Source of the DNA: an uncultured Chloroflexia bacterium
GTDB taxonomy: Bacteria; Chloroflexota; Limnocylindria; Limnocylindrales; CSP1-4
Length of the DNA stretch: 64,000 bases
Direction of reading: 5' to 3'
NCBI GenBank assembly: GCA_963817745.1
Contig: CAWFPC010000006.1
Coordinates: 197,286 to 261,285, forward strand
The translations under genes were made by a program, and so were the position numbers. Every line of letters starts with the position of its first letter. Position 1 is the first letter of the stretch. Positions 49,714 to 59,390 of the stretch are shown piece after piece. Under the pieces are notes generated by a model. The model was not told the DNA's origin and searched no databases. It saw nothing but the letters and a program-made list of their open reading frames with translations.

Positions 49714-50902
49714 TCAGTCGGGTCGTGACGCCAGGCGGCGGGGCGTGGGCGTGACGCGCGGGGCGCGCGGGGGGCGCAGGTTGCGGACGCTCGGGGCGGC
49801 GCGCAACCGGTCGAGCGATCGTGGCGCCTTCGGGTCGATCGAGGGGCGTCCGAGCAGGTAACCCTGTCCCAGGTCGACCCCGAGACCCTTCAGGACGGCG
49901 AGGTCGACGCGCTTCTCGATCCCCTCGGCCAGGAGCTCGAGCGCCGATCCGCCGACCGAAGGACACGAACGCTTCGACCAGCGCCTGCTTGGCATCGTCG
50001 CGGGCGATGCCGGTGACGATGTCGCGGTCGATCTTGATGACGCTGGGTCGCAGGGCGGCGATGAGGGCGAAGCTCGCGTAGCCCGCGCCCGCGTCGTCGA
50101 TCGCGAACCCGAACCCCAGGCGACGGAGGGCCTTCACCTGCCGTTTGAGGGGTACGACGTCCGAGACCGCCTGCTGCTCGGTGCATTCGAGCGTGATCTG
50201 CCGCGGATCCATCCCGTGCTCGCGGACGAGGGCGGCGAAGGCGCGGGCCTCGAACCGCGCGTCGAGCAGGCTGGCCGGCGTGATGTTGATCGCGACACGC
50301 AGTGGCGGCTGTCCGGTCGCCAGCCGGTCGGCCTGGATCTGGCCGGCGCGGGCGAGGATCGCGGTCACGATGAACGCGTCGAGCTCCACGGAGCGGTCGG
50401 TGTCGATGGCCGCGTGGACGATCGCGCTGATCGACTGCGGCAGCATCGGCATCTCGGGGCGGAAGAGGCACTCGTATTCGTGCAGCTCGCCGGTCGCCAG
50501 CTCCACGATCGGCTGGAACGCGATGAGATGGATCTTGCGCAGGCTGAAGAAGTAGTCGAGCGTCTTGGTCTGCACCGACTGTGGCGAGGACGCCATGCCG
50601 ATCCGTTCCGCCAGCCCCGATGCCTGGACCGCCGTCGACAGGGCCGTGAGATAGCGCTCCGCTTCCGGCAGCGACGTGTCGATCGCGACGAGGCCGTACT
50701 CCGAGGAACCCGAATCGGCGGCCACGGACGCCGTGATCGCATCGGTGAGACGCGTCGAAGGTCCGATGAGCACCGATCCGGAGTCGAGCTCGAGGATGCG
50801 CGAACCGGGCACCGCAGCGGCCACCCGGTGGATGAAGCGGACATCGCGGGACCACAGGAGGCGTTCCTCCACGGTTCGGCGCGAGGTCAGCTGCAGGCGC
50901 AT
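49714..50902 (-). CDS. EAL-domain protein (putative c-di-GMP phosphodiesterase) with unassigned N-terminal domain
   Basis: EAL motifs: FQPIVELATGELHEYECLFR, INITP, LECTE, FAIDDAGAGYASF, IKIDR and, after a frame change at ~49960, LLAEGIE..GVDLGQGYLLGRP. The N-terminal ~125 aa is not recognised. No GGDEF domain. Confidence 0.8.
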
Positions 50903-50991
50903 GCGTCCTCCGGGTCGGGGGTCGAGCGTGGCGCGGCCGCGCACCACTGGGGGAGCATGCGCCGCCGGCAGGGGATTCGGCGGAGGTCGGG

Positions 50992-51012
50992 GGTACCGGT
51001 CCCCCCGGTACC
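50992..51012 (-). terminator. Hairpin downstream of the GNAT operon
   Basis: GGTACCGG (50992-50999) and CCGGTACC (51005-51012) form an 8-bp stem with a 5-nt loop, 14 nt after stop 51026. No U-tract. Confidence 0.35.
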
Positions 51013-51025
51013 TTCGACGTTCCGG

Positions 51026-51577
51026 TCAGGCGCCGGCGGGGTCGAGGACGTAGCGGATCTCGTCGAGCATGACGCCGTCGAAGTCGAGCGGATGCCGGGT
51101 GCCGTCGGCATGGAAGCCGGCGGCCTCGTAGAACCGGCGAGCCCCGTCGTTCGCGTCGAACACCCACACGACGATCGGCCGGAAGGCGCGTGCGGTGAGA
51201 TCGGCGACGACCGTGGCGAAGAGGGTCCGGCCGTAGCCGCGGCCGCGGGCCTCCGGCGCGACGTAGATCGCGAAGACCTCGCCGGCGCCGGGTGGCGGCG
51301 GCGCGGCGTCCGCATTCGCGGGGCCCGCGGCCGCGAAGCCCTGGACGGTGCCGGCGGCCTCGACGACCCAGATCCGACCGTCGGGATCGTCGGCGAGCGC
51401 GGCGATCCGTTCCGACCACAGGGCCGCGCGCTCCTCGATCGAGAAGCCGTCGAGGATGGCGTCCGGGACGAGCCCGCGGTACGCGTGCTGCCAGCCACGC
51501 ACGTGGGCATCGGCGATGGACCAGGCGTCGCCGCCCTCGGCCGGCCGGACGCGCGTGCCGGCGGGCGAGCCGCTCAT
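51026..51577 (-). CDS. GNAT-family N-acetyltransferase
   Basis: The ATG overlaps the upstream stop (ATGA). Acetyl-CoA motif IYVAPEARGRGYGRTLF; also FYEAAGF. Intact. Confidence 0.85.
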   Translation of the reverse strand: MSGSPAGTRVRPAEGGDAWSIADAHVRGWQHAYRGLVPDAILDGFSIEERAALWSERIAALADDPDGRIWVVEAAGTVQGFAAAGPANADAAPPPPGAGEVFAIYVAPEARGRGYGRTLFATVVADLTARAFRPIVVWVFDANDGARRFYEAAGFHADGTRHPLDFDGVMLDEIRYVLDPAGA

Positions 51578-52288
51578 CCCAGGCGTTCGCCGGCTGCGAC
51601 CTCGATCGGGAGGCGATTCTCGGGCGGGGCGAGCGGGCACGCCCAGCGCGGATCGAACGCACAGGAGGGCTGGTACGCGAAGTTGAAGTCGAGGATCAGG
51701 GCGCCACTGTCCTCGACGCTGCCGAGGTCGGCGCTCTTGGCCGCGTCCACGAGGTAGCGTCCGGCGCCGTAGGTCGAGGCGCCGTTCGTGGCGTCGCGGA
51801 ACGGGATGAAGAGGCCGCCCGTGTAGCCGGCCATCCAGTACACGCTCAGTCGCTGCTCGCCGCCGGGGAACGGCAGGCGGACGACGCCGATCCGATCGAA
51901 CCGCAGGGTGTCGGCACCGCTGTTGGGCAGCTCGAGCCCGAGCTCGAGACCGGATCCCCCGGACGCGCTCGCGGGCGCCGGAGCGGCGGGTTCGACGATC
52001 GCCTCGAAGCGGAGTCGCGGATCGTGGTCGAAGTGGCTCGCGCGGAACGTCGCGCGGCGCTCGGGGAGGACCGGGGATTGGGGGTGTTCCCGGAACAGCC
52101 GCTCGCGGACCGCTCGCCAGTGGGCGAGGCCGATGGCCGGGTCGGCCGCATTCATCGCCCGGACCTCGGCGTACAGCTCCGCGATCCGCCGGCGCCAGTC
52201 GGCGAGGGCCAGGCGGTCGCTGGGCGACGCGTCCCCCGGACGCCTCGGTGAGTGACGCGTCCCCGCCGGACGCGTGGCCGTCGCTCAT
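51574..52288 (-). CDS. DUF1684-family protein
   Basis: ATG 52288 overlaps the upstream stop (ATGA). Reads ..LALADWRRRIAELYAEV.. then, after a frame change at ~52215, HWRAVRERLF..YWMAGYTGGLFIPFRDATNG..TYGAGRYL..LDFNFAYQPSCAF. Confidence 0.7.
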
Positions 52289-52698
52289 CGCGACCCGCGG
52301 CGCAGCGTCACGAGCAGGATCCATCCGCCGATGACGATGAGGATCAGCGGCCACAGCTGGCTCCAGCGGATCGCCGGGAGGTCGATCCCGAGCGTCTGCT
52401 CGGCGAAGAACCACAAGCCGATCGCCAGCACGACGACACCGAGGAGCACGGTCGCCATCCGACCACGGTCGCGGGCCGGCGGCTTCCGCACGGGCTCGTC
52501 CGCGGTGCCGGTCGAGGCCGGCGGGACGGCGGGCTCGGTGGCGGGCGACGGCGCGGGCGGCGCGGGCGGCGTGGCCGGCGCGGTCGGCAGGGTCGAGCCC
52601 GGGGCGGGCGGCCGGTCGGTGGACCATGTGCTCGTCTCGCCGGCCGCGGCATCGGGCGTCGGGATGCGCGTCGTCGGACTGGGCTGCTCGTCGGTCAT
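52285..52698 (-). CDS. Hypothetical membrane protein: Pro-rich N-terminus plus two C-terminal TM helices (DUF5668/LiaI-LiaF-TM-like)
   Basis: GGAGG RBS upstream of ATG 52698. Pro/Thr/Ala-rich region of ~80 aa, then LLGVVVLAIGLWFF and LWPLILIVIGGWILL. Intact. Confidence 0.6.
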   Translation of the reverse strand: MTDEQPSPTTRIPTPDAAAGETSTWSTDRPPAPGSTLPTAPATPPAPPAPSPATEPAVPPASTGTADEPVRKPPARDRGRMATVLLGVVVLAIGLWFFAEQTLGIDLPAIRWSQLWPLILIVIGGWILLVTLRRGSR

Positions 52699-52829
52699 GG
52701 GGCCTCCGCAGGGCCCGCGGTTCGCGGGCCGCGACCATCGTAGCCCGGTCGCCCTAGAATCGGGTGCTCCGGCCGAACCGCCGGGACCACGGCCGACGGT
52801 CGTGACGCTGGCAGGATGGAGGCGAGAGC

Positions 52830-53678
52830 GTGCGGGATACCGCGGAGATCGGCGTGTTCGGCGGGTCGGGCTTCTACTCACTGCTCGAGGACGTGCGCGA
52901 GATCAAGGTCGACACGCCATACGGGCCGCCGTCCGATTCGATCTTCCTCGCCGATGTCGCCGGCCGACGCGTGGCGTTCCTTCCGCGCCACGGCCGCCGC
53001 CACACGATCCCGCCGCACCGGATCAACTACCGGGCGAACGTCTGGGCGATGCGCTCGCTGGGGGTCAAGGCGGCGATCTCGCCGTGCGCCGCGGGATCGC
53101 TCGCGATCCAGGTGAAGCCGGGCGACTTCGTGGTCTGCGACCAGTTCGTTGACCGCACGTCCGGACGCGCCGACACGTTCTTCGACGGGCCGGTCGTGAC
53201 CCACCTGTCCTCCGCCGAGACGTACGACCCGGTCCTTCGACAGCTCGCGATCGACACGATCCGCGAGCACGGTATCCCCGTCCACGAGCGGGGCACGGTC
53301 GTCGTGATCCAGGGACCACGGTTCTCGAGCAAGAGCGAATCGAAATGGTTCAGCGACGCCGGCTGGGAGGTCATCAACATGACCCAGTACCCCGAGGCGT
53401 GGCTGTGCCGTGAACTCGGCATCGCGGTCGTCAACATCGCGCTGATCACCGACTACGACGCGGGCGTCCTGGAGGGCACCGAGGCGGTCAACGCGACCGA
53501 CGTCCTCGAGGTCTTCCAGGCGAATGCAGAACGGATCCAGGCGGTGGTCCTCGACCTGATCGGGCGGTTCCCGGCGGACCTGGACGCACTCGGCGCTCGC
53601 GCGGCGCTCGACCCCACGCGGGGCGACGGGCACACGATCGCTGCCGAGGACATCCGCCTGTTCGAGACGGAGCTCTGA
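52830..53678 (+). CDS. mtnP: S-methyl-5'-thioadenosine phosphorylase
   Basis: GGAGG RBS with GTG start. Intact, 282 aa. Reads GVFGGSGFY, FLPRHG, NYRANVWA, GPRFSSKSES and INMT. Confidence 0.9.
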   Translation: MRDTAEIGVFGGSGFYSLLEDVREIKVDTPYGPPSDSIFLADVAGRRVAFLPRHGRRHTIPPHRINYRANVWAMRSLGVKAAISPCAAGSLAIQVKPGDFVVCDQFVDRTSGRADTFFDGPVVTHLSSAETYDPVLRQLAIDTIREHGIPVHERGTVVVIQGPRFSSKSESKWFSDAGWEVINMTQYPEAWLCRELGIAVVNIALITDYDAGVLEGTEAVNATDVLEVFQANAERIQAVVLDLIGRFPADLDALGARAALDPTRGDGHTIAAEDIRLFETEL

Positions 53679-53683
53679 GCTGG

Positions 53684-54549
53684 GTGGGGGACCGGACGGA
53701 CGACGCCCGCTCGACGGGCCTGCCGATCGGCGTCTGCCTCCGTGCGATCCGGGCGGAGCCCACGTGGTGGCTGGAGAGCGCCCGCCGGCTCGATGCCGCC
53801 GGGTACGCCGGCGTGTGGTGCTGGGACCATTTCATGGGTCGTGGCGACAAGACCGTCCCGGTCGTCGAGGCATGGACCACGCTTGCCATGGCCGCCGCGC
53901 AGACCACGCGCGTCACGGTCGCGCCGTTCGTGCTCAACGTCATGAACCGTCATCCGGCCCTGCTCGCCCGGATGGCCTCCACGCTCCAGGTCGCGAGCGG
54001 CGGCCGGCTCATCCTGGGGATCGGGATCGGTGGCGCCAAGGCGGAGCACGACGCCTACGGGATGGATTTCCCCGAGGCGCCCGAACGGGTCGCGCGGCTC
54101 GAGGAGGCCGTGGCCGTCATCCGCGCGCTGTGGACCGGAGGACCGGTGACCCGCCCCTCGCCGTTCTACCCGCTCGTGGACGCGTACGCCCATCCGGTGC
54201 CGGATCCCATGCCGCCGATCATCATCGGTGGCGAGACCCGGGCCGGGGCGCGGCTGGCCGGGCGGATCGGCGACGGCTGGAACACCTTCGACGACAACTT
54301 CGAGGCCAACCTGCCGACCTACCTCGAATCGCTCGAGGAAGCCGGACGGCGGCGCGAGGATCAGCAGGTGCTGGTCGGATTCCAGGGCGATTGGCTCGCG
54401 CGAAGGGTCGATCCGCGACACGCCGCTGGATCTCGGCGCCACGCGAGACGTGGGAGCGCTGGCATGCGGCCGGCGCGGACGGTGCCGTGGTCCTCGCCCG
54501 CTCGACCGACGACATCGATGCCCTCGTCGAGGCCGTCGACCGCTGGTAG
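53684..54549 (+). CDS. LLM-class F420-dependent oxidoreductase
   Basis: Reads YAGVWCWDHF..AWTTLAMAA..LILGIGIGGAKAEH..IIIGGETRAG. A frame change at ~54400 reaches ..WERWHAAGADGAVVL..VEAVDRW*. Confidence 0.75.
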
Positions 54550-54577
54550 CCGGTGTTCGTGGCACCATCCAACCGTG

Positions 54578-55067
54578 ATGCCCAGTCAGCCGACCGCCGC
54601 GGCGGTCAAGCCGCCCTCGGCCGAACCGACCCACCCGTGTGCGCGGTGCGGCGCGCCCGGTGGCGCCATCGATCGGGTTGTGCGAGCGCTGCAATCCGCT
54701 CGGACTGCGTGACGTCTCCGCGTCCCAGGTCCACGGGACGGTGTTCGTCGCGGTTGCGGTCGCGATCGTCACGCTCGCCGTCGTGGCGCGGTTGGCCGTC
54801 TCCGGCATCGGACCGTTCCCGGTCACCGTCGACGCGGTCGTGCCCGACGGCGATGGCCTGGCGGTCACGCTGACGGTCCGCAACGAGGGCAGTGCCGAGG
54901 GCCAGACGACGTGCCGGATCGTCGACCCGGCCGCTCGCGGCGGGGAGGCCGGTGCGTTCGTCCTCAGCCCCAAGATCCCGGGCGGTGGATCGGTGACGTT
55001 CACCCGGACCGTGGTCGAGCTCGGGACGGAGCCAGGCGCCTTCGACGTCACGTGTCGCGCGCCATGA
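54578..55067 (+). CDS. Hypothetical membrane-anchored protein with N-terminal CxxC..CxxC zinc ribbon
   Basis: CARCG..(frame change ~54655)..LCERCNPLG, then TM VFVAVAVAIVTLAVVARLAV, then a beta-rich domain (LAVTLTVRNEGSAEGQTTCRIV..VTFTRTV). The stop overlaps the next ATG (ATGA). Confidence 0.55.
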
Positions 55068-55938
55068 CGGCAGGGTCAGGCGTGACGCCGGGCACGAATC
55101 AGCCGGCCGGCGCGGGGTCGCCGGCGCCTTCGACCACGAGCTCACGTTCGCGGTCGCACTCGCGGCGCGAGCCGGTGAGGTCCTCATGGACCACTACGAG
55201 CGGCTCGAGCAGATCGACTACAAGAGCGCACGCGATGTCGTGACCGAGGCCGACCACCTGTCCGAGGCGCTCGTGCTCGACGCGATCCGCGAGCTGTACC
55301 CCGACGACGCGATCCTCGCCGAGGAGACGGGGGAGCATCGCGCGAAGGCGGGCGAGCACCCGACGTCGGGCCGTGGCCGGGTGTGGATCGTCGATCCCCT
55401 GGACGGGACCGTGAACTACGCCAACGGCATCCCGTTCTTCTGCGTGTCGATCGGGCTCATCGTGGATGGCGTGCCGTCCGTCGGCGTGATCCACGACCCG
55501 ACCCGGGGTGAGACGTTCGCCGCCACGATCGACGGTCCGGCCATGCTGACCGGGAGCCTGGGCGTGCCCAGCCGGGCCGTGACGGTGGGCGAGAAGGAGC
55601 GCCTGACCGACTTCGTCATCTCGATGTCGCTCAACGGCCGCTCGGTCGCGACGCGGACGCGCAACGTGCGCAAGGCGATCCGGATCGCCCGGAACATGGG
55701 CTCGGCCGCGCTCGCCCTGGCGTACGTCGCCAACGGGCGGTTCGACGCATTCATCCAGCAGGGCGGCCTGTCGGCGTGGGATGTCGCTGCCGCGGGGCTG
55801 ATCGCCGAGCGGGGCGGGGCGCGGGTCACCGCGATGGACGGCGGCCCGTGGTTCGATCTCGCCCACGCCCCGAAATCGATCGGCATCGTTGCCTCGCCAC
55901 CGGCGCATCACGGGACGCTGCTCGGGCTGATCCGCTAG
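55064..55938 (+). CDS. Inositol monophosphatase-family phosphatase (SuhB/ImpA/HisN-like)
   Basis: Reads DVVTEAD, WIVDPLDGTVNY and WDVAAG. The N-terminal ~40 aa (MTAGSG..PAPFDHELTFAVALAARAGEVL) is reached from ATG 55064 with a frame change at ~55125. Confidence 0.8.
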
Positions 55939-55945
55939 CCGGTCG

Positions 55946-56851
55946 TCACGCCTCGTCGAGCCAGCGATGCGGCCGCGTCCGCAGCCGGTCGAGGCCCCAT
56001 TCCTCGCAGAACGCCTCCCACTCCGCACGCGGCGCGCCGTCCCAGCGCAGCTCGTCGGGGTCCGTCTGGCGGAGCGGCACACCGTCGTCGACGGTCCGCA
56101 GCCGGGCGAGATCGCGATAGAGCATCGCCTCGTCCCAGTGGTCGCGCAGGGACGCGGCAAGCGACATGGCGCGTCCGCCGCCGACGCCGGGCACCTCCCA
56201 CGCGGACGCACGCTGGGGCACGTCCTCGAGATGGCCGTACCTTGCGAGGACGGCCGCGGCGCCCTTCGCGCCCCAACCGGGGATGCCCGGGTACCCGTCG
56301 GACGAGTCGCCGACGACGGCCAGCCAATCCGGGATCGAGAGCGGTGGCACGCCCCACTTCTCGCGGACCCCGGCGTCGTCGTAGGTCAACCCGCGTCGGC
56401 GATCCCACAGCACGACCCGCTCGTCCTGCACGAGCTGGGCCATGTCCTTGTCGGGCGTGCAGACGAGGATCCGGTCGACCCGCGGGTCGTCCCCGAAGCG
56501 GATCGCGGCCGCGGCGATGGCGTCATCCGCCTCGAATTCGACCATCGGCCACAGGACGATGCCCAGCGCCTCGACCGCGGCTTCGGCGATCGGGAACTGG
56601 GCGAGCAGCTCGGGCGGCATCCCGGCCGACGACTTGTAGCCCGGGAAGAGGTCGTTGCGGAACGACTCGATCACGCGGTCCGTGGCGCACCCGACGTGGG
56701 TCGCGCCCTCCTCGCGCAGGAGGTACAGGAGCTGGTCGCACAGGCCCGAGACGCCCGAGAGGACGATCCCGTCGCGCCCGAGCACGGCCGGCCGGGGTGC
56801 GAAATGCGCCCGGAAGAGCTCGTAGGTGGCGTCGACCAGGTGCAGCTCCAC
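55946..56851 (-). CDS. 5'-3' exonuclease / flap endonuclease-like (Pol I N-terminal domain family)
   Basis: GTG 56851. Reads LHLVDATYELFRAHF, EFEADD and the H3TH motif GDSSDGYPGIPGWGAKGAA. Intact. Confidence 0.8.
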   Translation of the reverse strand: MELHLVDATYELFRAHFAPRPAVLGRDGIVLSGVSGLCDQLLYLLREEGATHVGCATDRVIESFRNDLFPGYKSSAGMPPELLAQFPIAEAAVEALGIVLWPMVEFEADDAIAAAAIRFGDDPRVDRILVCTPDKDMAQLVQDERVVLWDRRRGLTYDDAGVREKWGVPPLSIPDWLAVVGDSSDGYPGIPGWGAKGAAAVLARYGHLEDVPQRASAWEVPGVGGGRAMSLAASLRDHWDEAMLYRDLARLRTVDDGVPLRQTDPDELRWDGAPRAEWEAFCEEWGLDRLRTRPHRWLDEA

Positions 56852-56858
56852 CGGGCGG

Positions 56859-57453
56859 TCAGGTCCCCTGGCCGGTGACCGACGCGACCACCGCCTCGGG
56901 GGGCTGGCCGGCGGTCGCTCGCGCATCGGACTCGACGAGGTCGCGCAGTCGCTCGAGGTCGGCCTGGAAGACGCCGCCAAGCACGGGGGCCAGCAGCGCG
57001 GCGCCGAGGTGGGGGAGGAACGGGGCGATCAGGCGCTCCTCCCAGCGCACGATGGTCGTCGTCCCGTCGGCACCCGGTTCGAGCGCGATGCACGCCCTCG
57101 CCCTTGAAGGTGCCCATGTGTCGAAGCGCGAAGCGGGTCGGGGGCCGGAAGTCGGTGATGACGACCGGGTCGGTGGTGGTCACGCCGAACACGCGGACCG
57201 CGCCCACGAACCGGGATCCGACGCCGATCGGCGGTGGGGTGGTCAGCTCGACCGACTTGAGGTCGCGCATCCAGCGCGGCTGGCCCTCGACATCGGCCAG
57301 CTCCGCCCAGACGCGCTCGATCGGCGCGTCGATCACCATCAGGCTCGCGATCGGGGCCGGGCTCGCGCCCCGCGCCCGGAGCCGAAGCGCCAGGTCCGCG
57401 ATCCAGCCCGCCGCGTACGCGACGAACGCCGTGCGCAGGACGAGCCTGATCAT
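56859..57453 (-). CDS. SRPBCC-family protein with N-terminal TM helix
   Basis: Reads MIRLVLRTAFVAYAAGWIADLAL..IDAPIERVWAELADVEGQPRWM..FALRHMGTFKGEG, then after a frame change (~57090) IALEPGADGTTTIVRWEERLIAPFLP. Confidence 0.6.
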
Positions 57454-57472
57454 CGAGGCAGCCGGGATCGGC

Positions 57473-58081
57473 TCATCGCAGGACCGTCCGGGCGACGCGC
57501 ACGCCGGCCGCGCTCATCTCGTCGATCGCCCGGTCGCCGTCGCCCGGCTCCAGGTCGACGGCGGCGATGGCGTCGCTGAGCAGCATGGTGTCGTAGCCGA
57601 GGCTGCACCGCATCGAGGGCCGTCGCCTTGACGCAGTAGTCGGTCGCCAGCCCGACGACGACGACGCGGCGGATCCCGCGGTCGCGCAGGAGCGCGTCGA
57701 GCTCGGTCGGCGTGGTGTCGCCGGTCGTCGGATCGCGCATCGTGAAGCCGGAATAGCCGTCCTCGCCGTTCGCTGCCCTTGCGAACGCGTGGCGCGTCCT
57801 CGGGTAGCTCGAGGCCGGGATGGAGGTCGGCGCCCCAGGTGTCCGCGACGCAATGGACGGGCCAGATGCCGCCGTCCTTGGCGAAGTGCGGGGTCGACGA
57901 TGGGTGCCAGTCCTGTGTCGCGACGACGAGCGCACCGGCGCCGGCCGCGTTCCGGACCTCGCCGTCCACCGTCGGGACGACGAGGTCGCCGCCGGCCACG
58001 CTGAGGCTGCCCGCCGGGATCGGCGAAGTCGTTCTGGACGTCGACGACGATCAGCGCCGTGGTGGCGTCATACCGGAGCAT
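57473..58081 (-). CDS. pncA: Nicotinamidase / pyrazinamidase (isochorismatase family)
   Basis: Reads LIVVDVQNDF, QDWHP, WPVHCV and VVGLATDYCV. At least 3 frame changes (~58010, ~57775, ~57610). Confidence 0.8.
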   Translation of the reverse strand: MLRYDATTALIVVDVQNDFADPGGQPQRGRRRPRRPDGGRRGPERGRRRCARRRDTGLAPIVDPALRQGRRHLARPLRRGHLGRRPPSRPRATRGRATRSQGQRTARTAIPASRCAIRRPATPRRPSSTRSCATAGSAASSSSGWRPTTASRRRPSMRCSLGYDTMLLSDAIAAVDLEPGDGDRAIDEMSAAGVRVARTVLR

Positions 58082-58124
58082 GCCCCGAGCGTAGCAGTCC
58101 CGGGCCGGCGCCCGCGACGATCCG

Positions 58125-58880
58125 TCAGCCGATCAGCGCGGAGCGCTCATCGACCTCGGGCTCGGGTGCGACGGTCTCGGGCGGCACCGGCGGCTCGACG
58201 TCGAGCAGGTAGCCGATGCCCTGGAACGTCTTGATCCGGCCCGGCTCGCCGGGTTCCGCGCCCAGCTTGCGGCGGACGCGCGACACCCAGACCCGGAGGT
58301 ACTGCAGGTCGTCGCGGTACTCGGGGCCCCAGACCTTGGTCAGGAGCTCGGTGTGCAGCACGACCTTGCCGGCGTTCGCGGCCAGGTGCTGGAGGAGCAG
58401 CCACTCGGTCCGCGAGAGCTGGACCAGCTCGCCGTTGCGGGTGACCATCCGCCGCTCGAGGTCGATCTCGATGTCATCGAACGCCAGGACGCCCGAGCCG
58501 GGCGACGCACCCGACGAGCGGCGCAGGACGGCACGCACGCGGGCGGCAAGCTCGTCCGGGTGGAACGGCTTGGCGATGTAGTCGTCGGCGCCGAGATCGA
58601 GGCCCTTGGCCTTGTCGGCGGTCGACCCCTTCGCGGTGAGCAGGATGACGGCGACCGGTCGCCGCTCGCGCAGCTGGCGCATGACCTCGATGCCGTCGAG
58701 GTCGGGCATCACGATGTCGAGCAGGACGATGTCCGGGCGGACCTCTTCGGCCTTCTGGAGCGCCTCCTCGCCGCCGTTGGCGGTGACGACGCGAAATCCC
58801 TCTTCGCCGAGGGCGATCGAGACGAGCTTCGTGATCCTGGGTTCGTCATCCGCGACGAGTACGAGCGGCTGGGTACTCAC
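58125..58880 (-). CDS. OmpR/PhoB-family response regulator (KdpE-like)
   Basis: AGGAGG RBS with GTG start. Intact. Receiver domain: LVADDE..LLDIVMPDLDG..LTAKG. Winged helix with LQYLRVWVSRVRRKL. No adjacent kinase gene. Confidence 0.85.
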   Translation of the reverse strand: MSTQPLVLVADDEPRITKLVSIALGEEGFRVVTANGGEEALQKAEEVRPDIVLLDIVMPDLDGIEVMRQLRERRPVAVILLTAKGSTADKAKGLDLGADDYIAKPFHPDELAARVRAVLRRSSGASPGSGVLAFDDIEIDLERRMVTRNGELVQLSRTEWLLLQHLAANAGKVVLHTELLTKVWGPEYRDDLQYLRVWVSRVRRKLGAEPGEPGRIKTFQGIGYLLDVEPPVPPETVAPEPEVDERSALIG

Positions 58881-58935
58881 CCTGCACCTCCTGGGTCGGT
58901 GACCATGGTGACGGAACGGGTTCCGCGGCGTTCAT

Positions 58936-58964
58936 CCCCGGCGTATCGCATCGACACGCCGGGG
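58936..58964 (-). terminator. Hairpin between the small membrane protein gene and the response regulator gene
   Basis: CCCCGGCGT (58936-58944) and ACGCCGGGG (58956-58964) form a 9-bp stem with an 11-nt loop, 13 nt downstream of stop 58977 on the minus strand. Confidence 0.4.
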
Positions 58965-58976
58965 AGTCGGTGTTGC

Positions 58977-59171
58977 CTAGGACGCGGCCGGCGCGACGCT
59001 CGGCAGCTGGACGTTGACGTTGATGTCGCTCGGCGCGGTCGTGCCCGCGCCCGGGCCCATGAGGAAGTACCACGCCCCGGCGATGAGCAGGATGACGACG
59101 ATGATGCCAAGGATGAGGCCCATGCTCGAGCCGCCATCCTTGACGACGACGGTGTCGTGATGCTCGGTCAT
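58977..59171 (-). CDS. Small single-pass membrane protein (64 aa)
   Basis: Strong AAGGAG RBS 7 nt upstream of ATG 59171. Reads MTEHHDTVVVKDGGSSMGLILGIIVVILLIAGAWYFLMG.. No family recognised. Confidence 0.6.
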   Translation of the reverse strand: MTEHHDTVVVKDGGSSMGLILGIIVVILLIAGAWYFLMGPGAGTTAPSDINVNVQLPSVAPAAS

Positions 59172-59361
59172 GTCGGTGATCTCCTTCGTGCGTCCGGCCG
59201 CCGGATCTTCGGCGGCGGTCGATCGGTCCAGGCGTGGAGCGGCCGGACCCATCACGTCCCCGAGGAGCGACGGATCCGGCCGGGGTCCACCCGTCTGTCG
59301 ACGGGTCTCATGTGTGCCCCGAGCATCGGTGAGCGGGCCTGACGCACGGTGCCCCGCCACC

Positions 59362-59390
59362 TTGCAAAGCCGTTACATCGGCATTACAAC
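59362..59390 (+). promoter_or_regulatory. Candidate sigma-70-type promoter far upstream of aceE
   Basis: TTGCAA (59362-59367), 17 nt, then TACAAC (59385-59390). It would give a ~160-nt leader. A second candidate, TACGCT (59539-59544), lies 10 nt before ATG 59555. Neither is verified. Confidence 0.3.

Noticed and set aside
51026-52738. A 570-aa ORF spanning three genes
   Set aside because: Only its last ~183 codons (the GNAT protein) are genuine in this frame. The upstream part is out-of-frame read-through of the DUF1684 and Pro-rich membrane protein genes.
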